This document shows, piece after piece, positions 12,255 to 26,525 of a stretch of 64,000 nt of DNA. This DNA comes from Octopus vulgaris. Lineage: Eukaryota. The notes beneath the pieces are model-generated. The model was given only the letters and a program-made list of their open reading frames with translations. It had not been told where the DNA came from and searched no databases. The stretch covers positions 117,304,001-117,368,000 of the forward strand of contig OX597820.1 of the NCBI GenBank assembly GCA_951406725.2, read 5' to 3'. Position 1 is the first letter of the stretch. Each line of letters starts with the position of its first letter. Both the position numbers and the translations under genes were made by a program.

Positions 12255-12456
12255 TTGTGTGTCTGTGTTTGTCCCCCTAGCATTGCTTGACAACCGATGC
12301 TGGTGTGCTTATGTCCCCATTACTTAGCGGTTCGGCAAAAGAGACCGATAGAATAAGTACTGGGCTTACAAAAGAATAAGTCCTGGGGTCGAGTTGCTCG
12401 ATTAAAGGCAGTGCTCCAGCATGGCCGCAGTCAAATGACTGAAACAAGTAAAAGAG
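12051..12456 (+). mobile_element. SINE family A
   Basis: Full-length homolog. Confidence 0.85.
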
Positions 12457-13269
12457 TGTTATATCTGTTGTGATGTTATATATGTGAAGATATTATCAGA
12501 CATTGCAAGGTTTTACCATTTATAGTAAGCCATTTATACTTTAGTTATGTGTTGTAATTCAAGCATAAAGGTAATATAACAGGTAACCGTTTCCTTGATG
12601 TATTTAGAGATTGTAGAAATAAAAGTAGTTTACCTGACAGGTAGAAATAAAGATTAGCATTTTAAGTTGTCTTTGTCAAAGAAAAAGATTCCATTTGAAA
12701 CGTCTTCTCGCAGAACACCAACATAACAACTTCTTTAAAATTTTGTAACCAATTGATGCTCGGCACAGATCATCAATAGCATACCAATTCCATTTAAAGA
12801 GAAATTTGCCTCTCATCCTTCTGAGTTCAATAAAATAAAGCACTAGTGAATACCGGGGGATTACTATAATTAAATGTACCATTCCACCAAATATGATTAT
12901 TAGAAATTAGTTGGTGCCATATATAAAGCACTGGTGCTGACGCTACATAAAATACACTGGGGCTAGTGCCACATGCAAAGCATCCATGCTAGTGCCACTT
13001 ATAAAGCACCTGTGTTGCTGCCATGTATAAAGCCTGGTGTTGATTCCACTTAAAAAGAACCCAGTCCTCTCGGTAAAATAGTAGGCATTAGGAAGGGCAT
13101 CCAGCTGTAGAAACCATGCCAAAACAGATGACTGGAGTCCGGTGCAGCCCCCCCGGCTTACCAGTTTTCCATGCCAGGCTGGAAAATGGATGTTAAATGA
13201 TGAGGATGGTTATGTAGTGCTATTCTCTGTCTCTTGTGGAAGAATTTCCAATGAGACTGGACCATTTTA

Positions 13270-13580
13270 CTTAGGCACTCTTATGATGCAGAGTCGATCA
13301 GCAGCTGCCCTCTGTGGATGATTATTTCATTGTAGGTTTGCCACCTGAACATTCCCATTAGTTGTCTGGAGCCAGTTCCTCTTAGGACTTACCCTACTGA
13401 GGTTTCCACGTAAGGACTGGGTCAGTGAGTCTGTTTATTGGCCACCTTATCGCATGTCCCAGCAAACTGATGATGGACATTGAGTGTTAGTCTGCTCTTC
13501 TCACCTCCTCGTTGCAGGTCAAACCATTCCAACTGGCACCGACTATTTTCTGGAGGAATCTACTATCAAAAGAATCCAGT
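13270..13580 (-). mobile_element. Degenerate RTE-clade LINE 3' remnant
   Basis: Frameshifted AGHAIRWP...VLTWKPQ.G resembles the RTE C-terminal GHVLR..L.W.P.G motif. Confidence 0.45.
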
Positions 13581-13743
13581 TTATTTATTCAGTCCCAAAG
13601 TTCACTTCGTAACTACATGGTCCCAAGTTTTATCCTATGTGTGAAACACAGGCCTGCTAAGTCAGGTAAACCCAGGGCTAATCTAACAAAAAAGTAAAAC
13701 AAAAGGGAAACATTAGGGGGTTATTGATTGGGACCAATACAGT

Positions 13744-14161
13744 CCTATTTCTTCACTACCCACAAGAGGGTAAACACAGAGGGGACAAACAAGGATAGAC
13801 AAATGGATTAAGTCGATTAAATCGACCCCAGTGCGTAACTGGTACTTAATTTACCGACCCCGAAAGGATGAAAGGCAAAGTCGACCTCGGCAGAATTTGA
13901 ACTCAGAATGTAGCGGCAAACGAAATACCTATTTCTTTACTACCCACAAGAGGCTAAACACAGAGAGGACAAACAAGGACAGACAAATGGATTAAGTCGA
14001 TTACATCGACCCCAGTGCGTAACTGGTACTTATTTAATCGACCCCGAAAGGATGAAAGGCAAAGTCAACCTCGGCGGAATTTGAACTCAGAACGTAATGG
14101 TAAACGAAACACTGCTTAGCATTTCGCCCGGCATGCTAATGTTTCTGCCAGCTCACCACCT
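13744..14161 (-). mobile_element. SINE family B, tandem dimer
   Basis: Two units of about 184 bp joined at gacgaaatac|ctatttc, with a single head ...gagctggcagaaac and B box gagttcaaattcc. Confidence 0.8.
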
Positions 14162-14644
14162 GTCCTGCCACCATGCAACACATCTTGGTGAGTTTTTTTT
14201 TTTGTGGGGCGGGGTGGGGGAGGGGGGTTAAGAGGTTGTGTAAATTGAAGAGATTGAAAACAAAATCAAGACAAAGGTGTGTCGTCTACCCCCCAGTGTA
14301 TGACAGGGACAAATACAGCAGAAAGTATAGAAACAAAAAATACGGATCTTTTTAACTTGTTTTATTTTTCTTCTTTTTGAAGGAGACCACAACAACAGAG
14401 GAAAATTTATTTTGGGTTTTTTTTAAAAAAAAAAAAGAGATTTCTTATATAATATCTTTGCTTCCTACATAAATAAAAATAAATTGAAAATAAATGGAAA
14501 CATTGTAACGTAGTTTTACTATGAACATAGAGGGATATCGTGATGACGGTCAAAAATGAGGAAAAAAAACTGAAGTAATGTTATCATTTATTCAACAAGT
14601 CACAGAAGTGATTCATTGAAAATTAACAAAGATACTCATATGAT

Positions 14645-14647
<3 letters not shown>

Positions 14648-14693
<46 letters not shown>

Positions 14694-14947
14694 ATATGTA
14701 TGTATGTATGTATGTGTATGTATGTGTATATATGTATGTATATATATATATGTGTGTGTGTGTGTATGTACTGTATGTATATGTATGTATATATATGTGT
14801 GTGTGTGTATGTATATGTATGTATATATATGTGTGTGTGTGTGTATATATGTATATGTATGTATATATGTATGCATATATATATATATATGTATTTATAT
14901 ATGTATGTATGTATATGTATGTATATATGTATGTGTGTATATGTATG

Positions 14948-14982
<35 letters not shown>

Positions 14983-15320
14983 GTGTATATATATGTGTGT
15001 ATGTATGAATATATATTTATAGATATGTATGAATATATATATATATATATGTGTGTGTACATATATATATATATATATGTATGAATATATATTTATAGAT
15101 ATGTATGAATATATATTTATAGATATGTATGAATATATATTTATAGATATGTATGAATATATATTTATAGATATGTATGAATATATATTTATATATATGT
15201 ATGAATATATATTTATATATATGTATGTATGTATATTTATATATATGTATGTATTACATATGTATATATGCATTATATATATATGTATGTGTGTATATTA
15301 CACACACTCACATACACATA
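14648..15320. repeat. Compound TA/TG microsatellite with a 24-bp unit atgtatgaatatatatttatagat
   Basis: Direct reading. Confidence 0.95.
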
Positions 15321-15832
15321 TATTATTACCCATAATTTTAAAAAGAAACACAGATTTATAATAGAAGTGAAAAATAAAACAACGTAAGAGAAAATTCTTC
15401 AAATGGTTTCACTTTGGTCAGCTGAGATGGAAAATGGCACATAATGCTCCACCGTCCCATTTCAAGAGAAATTACAGCCAAAGAGGAACAAAGTGATTTT
15501 TTTCAACTAGGAATCAAAGATGTTGAGTAGTTGATTCCGAAGCTTATCAAGAACCAAACACTTGCTAAATACTGCCTGACATGCAATGTGACACATGACA
15601 GGGGCAGCAGAGAGAAAAAAACATATTTAAAAAAAAAAAAAAAAAAAAAAAAATTGCTTCAGTTTTGATTTTCATTAAATATTAAAAAAGAAAAGAAACT
15701 GAAAGATAAACAGGTTAATGTATTTTGTAGAATTTAATTCTCTTCTGCTTCTGTCATTCATAAATGGCAATTCAAAGACAATTGTGACCAAGTTGTCTTT
15801 AAATCTAAACATAAAATAAATCATATATGGCT

Positions 15833-15939
15833 TATACATACATACATATATACACATATATTCATATATATATATACATATATAAATATATTTATATATA
15901 TATATATACATATATAAATATATATACATATATAAATAT

Positions 15940-15971
<32 letters not shown>

Positions 15972-16041
15972 ATACATATATAAATATATTTATTTATATA
16001 TATATATATACATATATAAATATATATACATATATAAATAT

Positions 16042-16073
<32 letters not shown>

Positions 16074-16446
16074 ATACATATATAAATATATTTATTTATA
16101 TATATATATATACATTTATAAATATATATATACATATATAAATATATATATACATATATAAATATATATACACATACACATAAATATATATACACACACA
16201 TAATATATATATACACACACATATATATATATATACACACATATATATATATATACACACATATATATATACATATATAAACATATATATATATAAACAC
16301 ACACATATATATATATACACACATATATATATATACATATATAAATATATATATATACATATATAAACATATATATATATACATATATAAACATATATAT
16401 ATACATATATATATATACATATATATATACATATATACATATATAT

Positions 16447-16481
<35 letters not shown>

Positions 16482-16596
16482 CATATATATACACATATAC
16501 ATATATATATATATACATATATATATATACATATATATATACATATATATATATATATACATATATATACACATATATATATACACATATATATAC

Positions 16597-16652
<56 letters not shown>
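15833..16652. repeat. Compound TA/CA microsatellite
   Basis: Direct reading. Confidence 0.95.
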
Positions 16653-16654
<2 letters not shown>

Positions 16655-16988
16655 GGTGAGAGAGAGAGATGGCTGAATAGGAAAACAAAATTAATTAGAG
16701 AAGAAATGACAAAATGTAATGTAATACAAATTTTCATTTTAAATTCCAATATGGAACAAGGACCATTATTTTTAATTCCAAAAGTTTAGAAAAATGTGGG
16801 GGTTTTTTTTTTAATCCTTTTTTAATCTTTTTAGTTTCTTGCAGATTTTTTTCCCTTTTTTTTTTGTTTTTTGTTTTTGTTTTTAGAAATGTTTGACTGC
16901 TCAGTGTTCAGTGATGACAAGTGGTGTGATATATGTAGCGAGGCCATTTTCCTACTGGAATATGAAGAGTTTTACCAAGCAGATAGGC

Positions 16989-17025
<37 letters not shown>

Positions 17026-17438
17026 CATAAATAAAAAATTAAAAAATAATACTTATAATAACCCTTTTCTCCTACAGGCACAAAGCCTGAAATCTTTGGA
17101 GTGGGGGAGGATAAGTCCATTACAACACCCCCAGCGCTGAACTGGTACTTTTTTCATCAGCCCCAAAAGGATGAAAGGCAAAGTTGACCTCAGCGAAATT
17201 TGAACTCTGTATATAAAAACGGACAAGATGCTGCTAACAGCATTGCCAGCTCACTGCCTTCAACAACAACAATAATAATAATAATAATAATAATAATATA
17301 AATAATAATTGTTTCTACTATAGGCACAAGGCCTAAAATTGTGGGGTAGGGGACTAGTTGATTACATCAACCCCAGTGTTTCACTGGTACTTAATTTATC
17401 AACCCCGAAAAGCTGAAAGGCAAAGTTGACCTCAGTCA

Positions 17439-17471
<33 letters not shown>

Positions 17472-17924
17472 CCCATCTATCAAGATTAGTCCTTTTGATA
17501 CGATCTTAACTGAGACCACCCTTCTTGATTTAATGTGTTTTAATTTACAACCACCCATAACAATTTTATGTGGAAACCTTTTGTATATATATTTACCAAT
17601 GTTGAACCCCACACAATTCTTGATTATTTTTAAAAAATGAATTGAAATACATGGACAGTGTGTTTTGTTAGAAATATATTGATAAATGGGTTTAAAAAAA
17701 GCAACGTGTATATTCTCAGCAATTTTGTTTTTAACTTCCAAAGTATTTTTAATAAAGTCAGGTCATGATTTTAGCAATTTTCTGATATAATATCCGGAGG
17801 TATTTTTATGATAAACATTTTTTACCCACATATTTTTATCCCTTTAAGTTCTTTGAGTTTTACAATTAAATGGAATTCAATTTTTATTTGTTATTCTAAT
17901 TTTCATTCTATTATTCTAATTTTT

Positions 17925-19580
17925 AGATCTTTTCTGTTCCTGTTACAGTTTTCTATTTTTTTGAAATTTTTTTTCCATTGCTTTCAAATTTGGTGTACTA
18001 ATGTAGTTTTGTATGCTAATTATGGAAATGAAACTCATTTTTGCCAAAAATTAAATAATAAAATTTTAGTAGCTTGTAAAGTTTGCAAATTTTAGCCAAT
18101 CAAAAGCACAGACACACTGTTTCCATAGTAACAAGCCAAGCTGTAGTTTGCTTAAAACTACAACCTCGTGTATTTTCTTTACCAATCTATTTTCTTTAAT
18201 GAGTGCCTATCTTCATTTAACCTTTCAATATGATGGAGAAATTGAACATGGAAGAGAATGCGATTTCTTAATTGCAAGAGAAAGGTGTTGTCCCTAAAAG
18301 AAAATTATGTACAAACAAACCCTATATGAAGAAGATTAGAAGATGCTTTGTAGGAAAATTTACTGATGATGATGATAGCCCTGAAAGGATGCAGTGAGTG
18401 TGTGTTTGTCAGAAAGGATAAATGGTTGGAAGGTGGCACCCTTTGTCTTAGGTCTCTACTACCTTTTTTCCTTCAGTTATGGGTCAAGGAATTGACTTCA
18501 GTCTGGTTTTATGTTGAAGAACTGGGGATGAGCCACTGCATAGCTTTTGATTACAACAGCTATGTTTGTGAAATGTGAAGGGGACCTGCTCTGCAACCTA
18601 GTTCAGACAGGCATCCTGGGAAGATTGTTGAGACACAAATACAACCAAGGAAGGGTGCTACATGAGCAGTGGGTTTTCAGAGAAGTGTGTTGTGAGACCA
18701 GACATGTTTTACTTTCTGCAGTGCAGCATTGGAATTGTGACACACTAGAGAAACACATACATTAATTGGTTCTTCCAGAAACCAAACTTTTCAGAGGGCC
18801 TGCTCTCACATTCCTGAAATTGATGGCTATAGTCTTCGACAGAGAGCAGTGAACCACAGTGTAGAGTTTATTAACTCAAAAGATGGTACCCACATGCAAC
18901 AAATGGAAAGCAGATGGGCCTGTGTAAAACAAGGGAATAAATGATACCATAGGACCCACCATTCTAGAGTTGACTCATATCTCTGCGAGTTTATGTAGCA
19001 CAGAAAATACAAAAATTGTAAGTTGTTTGAGAAACTCCTCCAGAGTGTATCTCACACTTTCATTTTTGAATTTTCCCTCCAAAAAATGTTTTGTTTTACA
19101 TGAAGTGAACTATTACTGAAGTAGTATAATGTACAGGTTGCTTTTTTTAAGGTTTTCACAGAAAATTTCATCAAGAGTCTTTTCCTTTTTAAATTGTGTG
19201 CCTGTTCCACTGTTTTGCATGACTCTACTCATTAAAATTTATTAAAACTTCAAAACATCTTACAACTTTCATCCTCATAACGTTTTACTTTCATTTGCTT
19301 AATAAAAATTCATCATCATAATATTTTTGCTTCCATTTTGTGATAGACAGCTTTCACATAGAAAATGCCAGCTTTCAAATCCTGTTTTCTGGTTGGGTAA
19401 GAATGATAAAATTTTAAACCTCTGTAATTTTTTCTAAAATTTTTCTGGAACAAGTGAATAACAAAATCAGTTTCTGTGTGAAAAATTACATCAATATACT
19501 TAATTTTAAAATTTTAATTTTAAAATTTTAAAAATTTAAAATTTTAATTAAAAAAGCTATGACAGCAACAGAAAAGATCC
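17925..19580 (+). mobile_element. Fossil Merlin (IS1016/ISXO2-like) DNA transposon, both ends present
   Basis: Imperfect TIRs agatcttttctgttcctgttacag / ctatgacagcaacagaaaagatcc; 8-bp TSD TAATTTTT at 17917-17924 and 19581-19588. Confidence 0.85.
18230..19070 (+). pseudogene. Merlin/ISXO2-like transposase remnant with stops and frameshifts
   Basis: Fragments HKYNQGRVLHEQWVFREVCCETR..L.AV...CDTL, AVNHSVEFINSKDGTHMQQMESRW and DSYLCEFM match the KYxRGR..WVFG, TVNHS..FV...G.HTQ.IES.W and YL.EFMWR motifs. Confidence 0.85.
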
Positions 19581-21737
19581 TAATTTTTAAACTTATTATT
19601 ACCTACAATTCATTATAGCTATTAGTTTTTGTTTGTGTGAATGGTGATAAAGATGACAAAAAAACCTTGTCTTTCATTTTCTTATTAAAATTTTGATAAA
19701 AAAAGCTTAATATAAAGAACAAAATCAATAATAAAAATAAAATAAAAATGAAGATTACCTTGTCCAAACATGTGAATGTTTTGAAAATGATAAAAGAATT
19801 TTTAAAAATATATAAACATAATTTAATATAAAGAGAAGCAGTGCCCGAGGTAAAGCAGATACATGGACAAAGAGAGACAGGTCAGAAGATATGTGATGGG
19901 AAACCTAGAGCTTTTGAATAGAAAAAAAAAAAAAAAAAAAGAAAGGTCCTTCCAGTATGAAGAATGGACATTAAATGATGATGATGATGATGATGATGAT
20001 ACATATAAACTAAAGAGATAATTAGAGTGTTTATAAAAATGAGTTTAGGAAAATAAAGATAAAGGTTTTATACCTATACTAGGAAATGACAGAAAAATAA
20101 GTTGAAAGGATTTTGGTTTATAGTTTGAAGGATAGAGGGTTCTAATCCAGTTACTGACATTGCACCATGTCCACAGCTAAGACACTTCACTTTTGTGGGC
20201 TCAATTCACTTATTACTAAATAGGTACCATGAGAAGTTCCAGCATGAAAGCAACAGGTCTACTGTATAATTTACAAGTGGTTCGCTATTTTGTAGTTCTA
20301 AGTTCCAGTGCTATCATTAGCATAAGGTTGACAGTTGTACAGAGTTGAATCGAATATTCACAAAATAAGGAGCAATGAGAGTGGAGAAGGGGTTAAATTG
20401 TATTCTGATCACCAAATGATTTATTCTGAAACTCACTTCTATCTCTCTGAGATTCAACATTGGTCTTACACAGTCCTGAACTGTTTTCATTGAATTCAAA
20501 TTTTGGCACAAGGCCAACAAGTTCAGGGGCTGGGGGTAAATCAATCACATCAACACCAGTATGCAACTGGTACTTAATTTATCAACCACCAAAAAGATGA
20601 AGGGCAAAGTCAACCTCAGCAGAATTTGAACTCAGAACTTAAAGAGCCAAAAGAAATGCCAGTAAACATTTTATCCAGCATGGTAATGGTTCTGCCAATG
20701 CACAGCCTTGATAATAATAATGGTTTCAATTTTTGGCACAAGGCCAGCAATTTCCGGGAGTGGGTAAGCTGATTCAACCTCAGTGTTCAACTGATCCTTA
20801 TTTAATCGACCCCAAAAAGATGAAAGGTAAAGTCAGCCTTGGTGGAATTTGAACTCAGAACGTGAAGAGAGATGAAATGCCACTGAGCATCTTTGCCCTG
20901 GCCAGCTAATGATTCTGCCAACTCTACACTTTACATGAACTGTTTTAATTAAAAATGTTTCACTAATTTACAGTGCTGGGTTTAAATTTCAATATAAATG
21001 CTGTTTACAGTAGGACAGGCTCCTTTAGGGGTTTCTTAAAACCCACTTCAAAATACATTATACAAAGACGAAGTACTTCAAGTGTTCTCCTAACAATCTG
21101 ATCAGGTATATCTATTTGATCTTCTGTAATGCTAGATTTAATAGGTTCAACAATCCTTTTTCCCTCTTTCTTGATACAGCAATGAAGAACAACGAAAATA
21201 AAAAAAAAGAAAGAAAAGCAAGTCCATTGCCTTAAATTCCATTAAATATTTTCAATAAATAAACAACAATGTTTATTAGATTTGTCAAACAGAATCTAGA
21301 AATGGCTTGTTCTGTTCAATGCTGAAGTATGCTTCCAAAATTAGCTGAAAGCAATTTAGCAAATATTTGGATTTTTACAAATTAATTTGTTTCGATTTTA
21401 TCAAAGTTTTGCATTTTCTCAATTAAATTGATCTACTTTCATGCGTATTTCATACAGTATTGCTTACAATGTATTAAATGCTTCACTGCAACTATAAAAG
21501 CTACTTTATTTCCAAACAGCGTGTGGCAGGTTTTCCTCAAGTACATCCGTTAATCATTATATTAAGATAAGTCAAGATCGACAAGAGGATAAGCAGTCTT
21601 GAAACCCCGGAGCCATTCAGACTGGTCGCATGCTTTTAAGTTTCAATAAACTTCTCAAGATTATGTTAGAGGATTTATTATCTTTTTCAAGCACATCAAA
21701 TTAGCATTGCATACATACATATACACACACATATATA

Positions 21738-22115
21738 CTCTTTTACTATTTTACTTGGTTCAGTCATTTGACTGTGGCCATGCTGGAGCACCGCCTTTAG
21801 TCGAGCAAATCGACCCTGGGACTTATTCTTTGTAAGCCCAGTACTTATTCTATCGGTCTCTTTTTGCCGAACCGCTAAGTAACGGGGACATAACCACACC
21901 AGCATCGGTTGTCAAGCAATGCTAGGGGGACAAACACAGACACACACACGCATATATATATATATACATATATATGACGGGCTTCTTTCAGTTTCCGTCT
22001 ACCAAATCCACTCACAAGGCTTTGGTCGGCCCGAGGCTATAGTAGAAGACACTTGCCCAAGGTGCCACGCAGTGGGACTGAATCCGGAACCATGAGGTTG
22101 GTAAACAAGCTACTT
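21738..22115 (-). mobile_element. SINE family A (5'-clipped)
   Basis: Homolog on the minus strand. Confidence 0.85.
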
Positions 22116-22584
22116 GTGTCGTGTGTGAGTGTGTGTATGCATATGTATGTGTTTGTGTGTGTGTATATACTATGAAGCATTAAAACAAATGAACCTTTAA
22201 ATTTTTCTTTTTTTTGCTTGACATGATAAAATATTCTGGCTGCAATTCAAGATTTATTCTTTGTAAGGGGAATTGAGAGGAGAAATAAAACATCACCACT
22301 TAAGAGGTGAGAGAAAAAAAAAACAAAAAAACACATCAACATAAATCAGGTTGGATACACAAAAATGTGGCTCCAACCCATTTTTTTTTACTAAATATAG
22401 TTGTGCAACTTTTTTGCCAGAGAAAAAAACAAAAATAATTTTGAAATTGGTTTACAAGACATAAAAAATAAATAAACAAAATAAAATTTCTTCAACCTCA
22501 TAATTTTATAAGAGAAAATAAACTTCTTTGACAAACAGACAGAATGATGAGTGAAAAGTTTTAGTGCTTTGCATGATAACATTA

Positions 22585-22798
22585 GTTCCAAATTCTGGCA
22601 CAAGGCCAGCAATTTCTGGGGAGGGGGTAAGTCAATTACATTGACCCCAGTGCTCAACTGGTCCTTATTTTATCGACCCTGAAAGGACGAAAGGCAAAGT
22701 TGACCATGGCAGAATTTGAACTCAGAACGTAAAGACGGATGAAATGCCGCTAAGCATTTTAGCCAGCCATGTTAACAGTTCTGCCATTTCGCTGCCTT
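22585..22798 (-). mobile_element. SINE family B' (family B head, different tail); other copies near 10250, 17060, 17310, 20500, 20720, 29665, 35450, 35705, 45130 and 63950
   Basis: Shared gagttcaaattc...gtcgactttgcctttcatcc core; tail ccccctcccccaaaatt...ggccttgtgcc. Confidence 0.75.
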
Positions 22799-23013
22799 AT
22801 AATTTACGATATAGAATATAATACAAAGATTATCTTAACATGAAATACTGAAGCGTATCACTAGGAAATAACATAAGAAATGTCTGTGATATATGACCCC
22901 CCACCCCCCCCACCCAACGCTTTTTAATGCTAAAAATTTTGCAATAAGTACAATCAAATGGTTGAAAACATGTTGACAATGGTGAATATATGTATAAGCA
23001 TATAATATTGTTC

Positions 23014-23060
<47 letters not shown>

Positions 23061-23294
23061 AAATACAGTGTACATTTAAACACATTTCGTTCCTGTTGAA
23101 TTTATCCCTAATTTTGTGGTTATAGAACCTAGCTGTTCTTTCTAGCATGTTGAATCCGATGAGTGGATTTCTTATGTGTTTAAATGTACACTGTATTTTA
23201 TGACTAATATATAGTCTTTGGACTAAATTTTTACATGCTAGGCCACTGGAAGTGAAAATTTCTATTAATTTCCATTCCCCTTTGATATGATTAA

Positions 23295-23337
<43 letters not shown>

Positions 23338-24784
23338 TATACTATATGATATTGTGTGTGTGTGTGTGCATCACAGCTGGCCAAATTAGGAGTATGTTGT
23401 TAACCAGCTGAAAAGCTAGCAATTTATATGTATCTTGTCATCAAAACTGTGTGTATGTCCCTCCATAGCAAAGACACTTGATATTCATTGGTTCAATCCA
23501 CCAAGCAAATAAAAAAATAAAAAAGGATTCTCACTTGGAGTGTAAATTATAATTTTTCTATGGAAGGAGATAGAGAGAGAAAGATGGTCTCTTATGAGGC
23601 TGATCTGTGGATACACTGTCACCACAAGGCCTCTTGCAGTGTCCCAAGAATCTGTAGGATTGTGCAAATGTATGCATGCATGAAACTACAGCTTCCATAG
23701 CTGGAATAATTAGTAAACACTGAATATATTTCAACAAAGCTGAAACAAAAGCTGCCAAATACATTTAAGAAAGCTGAATTTCCATGCCATTAATATAAAG
23801 TACATCATTACATGCCCAATTAAAACTCATATGTTGTTGTTCTGTGAATGTCTTTCTCTGTTTGTAATCCTATTGACAACGTGGCCAGCTCTCGAATAAT
23901 CTGCACTGAAGCAAGCATCTCGGGTCATTCAGATATATTCAATGTAACACATCTGTCTACATTGCTACAATAGTTTGTGTTAGGATGGTAACCCCGTGTC
24001 TGTGGGGGGAAAACCCCAAGTAAAACACCACAAAATACACCAACAGAGATGGTACAGGCCATGCTGGGGCTGCAAGCATTAGTGATCAAGACGTGGAAGG
24101 GTGCTGCTGTGTTGCAAACCCAACATAAAAAATAAATAACAATAAAAAATGGTACAAAACAAACGAAGTTGGTGATGATGATGATGATGAACAAAGGGAT
24201 TAGAAGCCATACTTTCCGTGTTGCCTGCATTACACGGGAATATCTCACAAATGTATTTCATCCAAAACTTAAACAGTTTGGAGTCTTCTTAGCTTTCATT
24301 CTCTCATCTTCTCCATGCCAGAAACACAAGTCCCCCCACAAATGAAGTGTTGTAATGTAAGGAGGGCATTATGCAGGCAAGTCCATAAGTGAATAATGAA
24401 TATATGTGACACACACACACACACATATATATATAATCAAAAATAAGCAACAAGAATGGATCCTGCTTATTTTTGATTATAATCACCCCACATTTTTTAT
24501 GGTTAATACCATAAAAAATTCTGGTGCATCTAAATTAAGTACCATATTCATTTGAATCTAAATTGTTTGCTGAACTTATATATATATATATATAGATAGA
24601 TATATGAGAAGGATGAGGACAGTGAATTTGAATTTCAGCATGCTAACCTTTGCTGGAAAGTCCAAAGAAGACCAGCAGGTCAAATCTTCAAAGTCACCTC
24701 CACTTCCTGTAAGAGTTTAAACTTATACTCTACAAAAAAAATATTGAATAATTCTTCAGTTTAACGTTAAATTGTTTTTATATA

Positions 24785-25022
24785 CAGGGTGTTCAAAAAG
24801 TTTCTCCACAGTGAATTTTTTCATCTTGCTCATCACCATGGTACAACTTCAAGAGTTTTTCAGTGAACGGATTATTTCGACGGGACTTTGGTCACCAAGA
24901 TCACCAAGTTTAACACTGCCAGACTTTTTTTTTGCCTGGGGAGCAAGTAAAGGATCAGTGTACAAGAATCGCCTCAAAAAAACATTAAATATTTACTGCG
25001 GAGAGACTTTTTGAACACCCTG
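24785..25022 (+). mobile_element. Tc1/mariner-superfamily internal-deletion derivative
   Basis: TIRs cagggtgttcaaaaagt / actttttgaacaccctg, TA TSD, and an internal WSPRSPSLTLPDFF..WG..K..VY remnant. Confidence 0.88.
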
Positions 25023-25087
25023 TATAATTTGGCATAAAAACATTTTATATATATATATATATATATCATATATATATATATATATAT

Positions 25088-25136
<49 letters not shown>

Positions 25137-25140
25137 TATA

Positions 25141-25372
25141 TACCGGAGTAAACACATAAATGTGAAACAAGGTGGAAAAAAGAGTACTCAAATACCAGTG
25201 GTAGAGTAATATGCTTTATTTAAAGCAGCAGAAAATTCAACAAAACCTGTTACTCTGAGTTTCCTGTTGCCGTTCATCAGACAGTTTTTCTAGCAAAAAC
25301 TGTCCGATGAACGGCAACAGGAAACTCAGAGTAACAGGTTTTGTTGAATTTTCTGCTGCTTTAAATAAAGTA
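25141..25372 (-). mobile_element. Non-autonomous PLE pLTR with inverted partial copy and two hammerhead motifs
   Basis: Near-identical to 1201-1430, palindromic arms around 25290, (TA)n flanks. Confidence 0.75.
25247..25284 (-). ncRNA. Minimal hammerhead ribozyme motif (partner on + at 25300-25337)
   Basis: Minus strand ctgt-CTGATGA-acggcaacag-GAAA-ctcagag-TA-acag. Stem II is weakened; the + copy has CCGATGA. Confidence 0.6.
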
Positions 25373-25373
25373 T

Positions 25374-25426
<53 letters not shown>

Positions 25427-25821
25427 CATTAAATCTATTTATTTAACTCATTTATACACCTGTGTATTTGTGCTTATTTGTAAATAATTTCTGTCAACTG
25501 GAAGATTTTTACATGTTGAAGCCAATTTTTATTGTGGTGGTGGGGGAGTGAATGTGTGAGTGGAGGAGGTATGGGTGGACGAGAGAAATAATGAATAAAT
25601 TAACAATAAAAAGAAATTATATGATGAAATATGAATAAATCATAAGGCATTTTTAAAATTGTTGGCAAGGATTGAGTAGAATGGAAAAGGAGAGTAAAGT
25701 TAGTGAAGCCCACCCACCAATAACCACAACAGCAATAATAATAATAATAATAACGTTAATGCCAGAAATCATAAGTTTAAACCCTCTGTCTAGGCTTGAA
25801 AGAGACAAAAAGATTTTAAAA

Positions 25822-26098
25822 ATCATAACATAATCAGACTAGAAACAAAATAATTACCATTCTTTGCTAAATATTTCTGATAAATTATTTGATCAATATC
25901 CTTATTATAATGGGGATATATACACACATATAGACATATATATATACATATATACATACATATATATATACATATATACATACATATATACATACATATA
26001 TATATACATATATACATACATATATATATACATAAATATACATACATATTATATACATATATACAACATATATATAACATATAATAATATAAAAATAT

Positions 26099-26153
<55 letters not shown>

Positions 26154-26525
26154 AATATATATAATATATATAATATATAATCATACTAGGAATAATAATA
26201 ATATACCATTCTTTGCTAAATATTTCTGATAAATTATTTGATCAATATCCTTATTATAATGGGGATATATACACACATATAGGCATATATATATATATAA
26301 ATATATACATATATATATACATATATATAAATATATATATATACATATATATATATATACATACATATATATAATATATATACATATACATATATATATA
26401 TATAAATATATATATACATATATATATACATATACATATATACATATATATATACATATATACACATATATATATATATATACATACACACATATACATA
26501 TACATACATACATATATATATATAC
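25822..26525. repeat. ~350-bp tandem duplication including TA/CA tracts
   Basis: taccattctttgctaaatatttctgataaattatttgatcaatatccttattataatggggata at about 25855 and 26205. Confidence 0.85.

Noticed and set aside
14205-14227. G-quadruplex-capable G tracts
   Set aside because: Low-complexity G runs are common here and there is no functional context.
23925-24248. 107-aa hydrophobic ORF
   Set aside because: Hydrophobicity comes from (ATC)n and T-rich sequence; no recognisable family or splice context.
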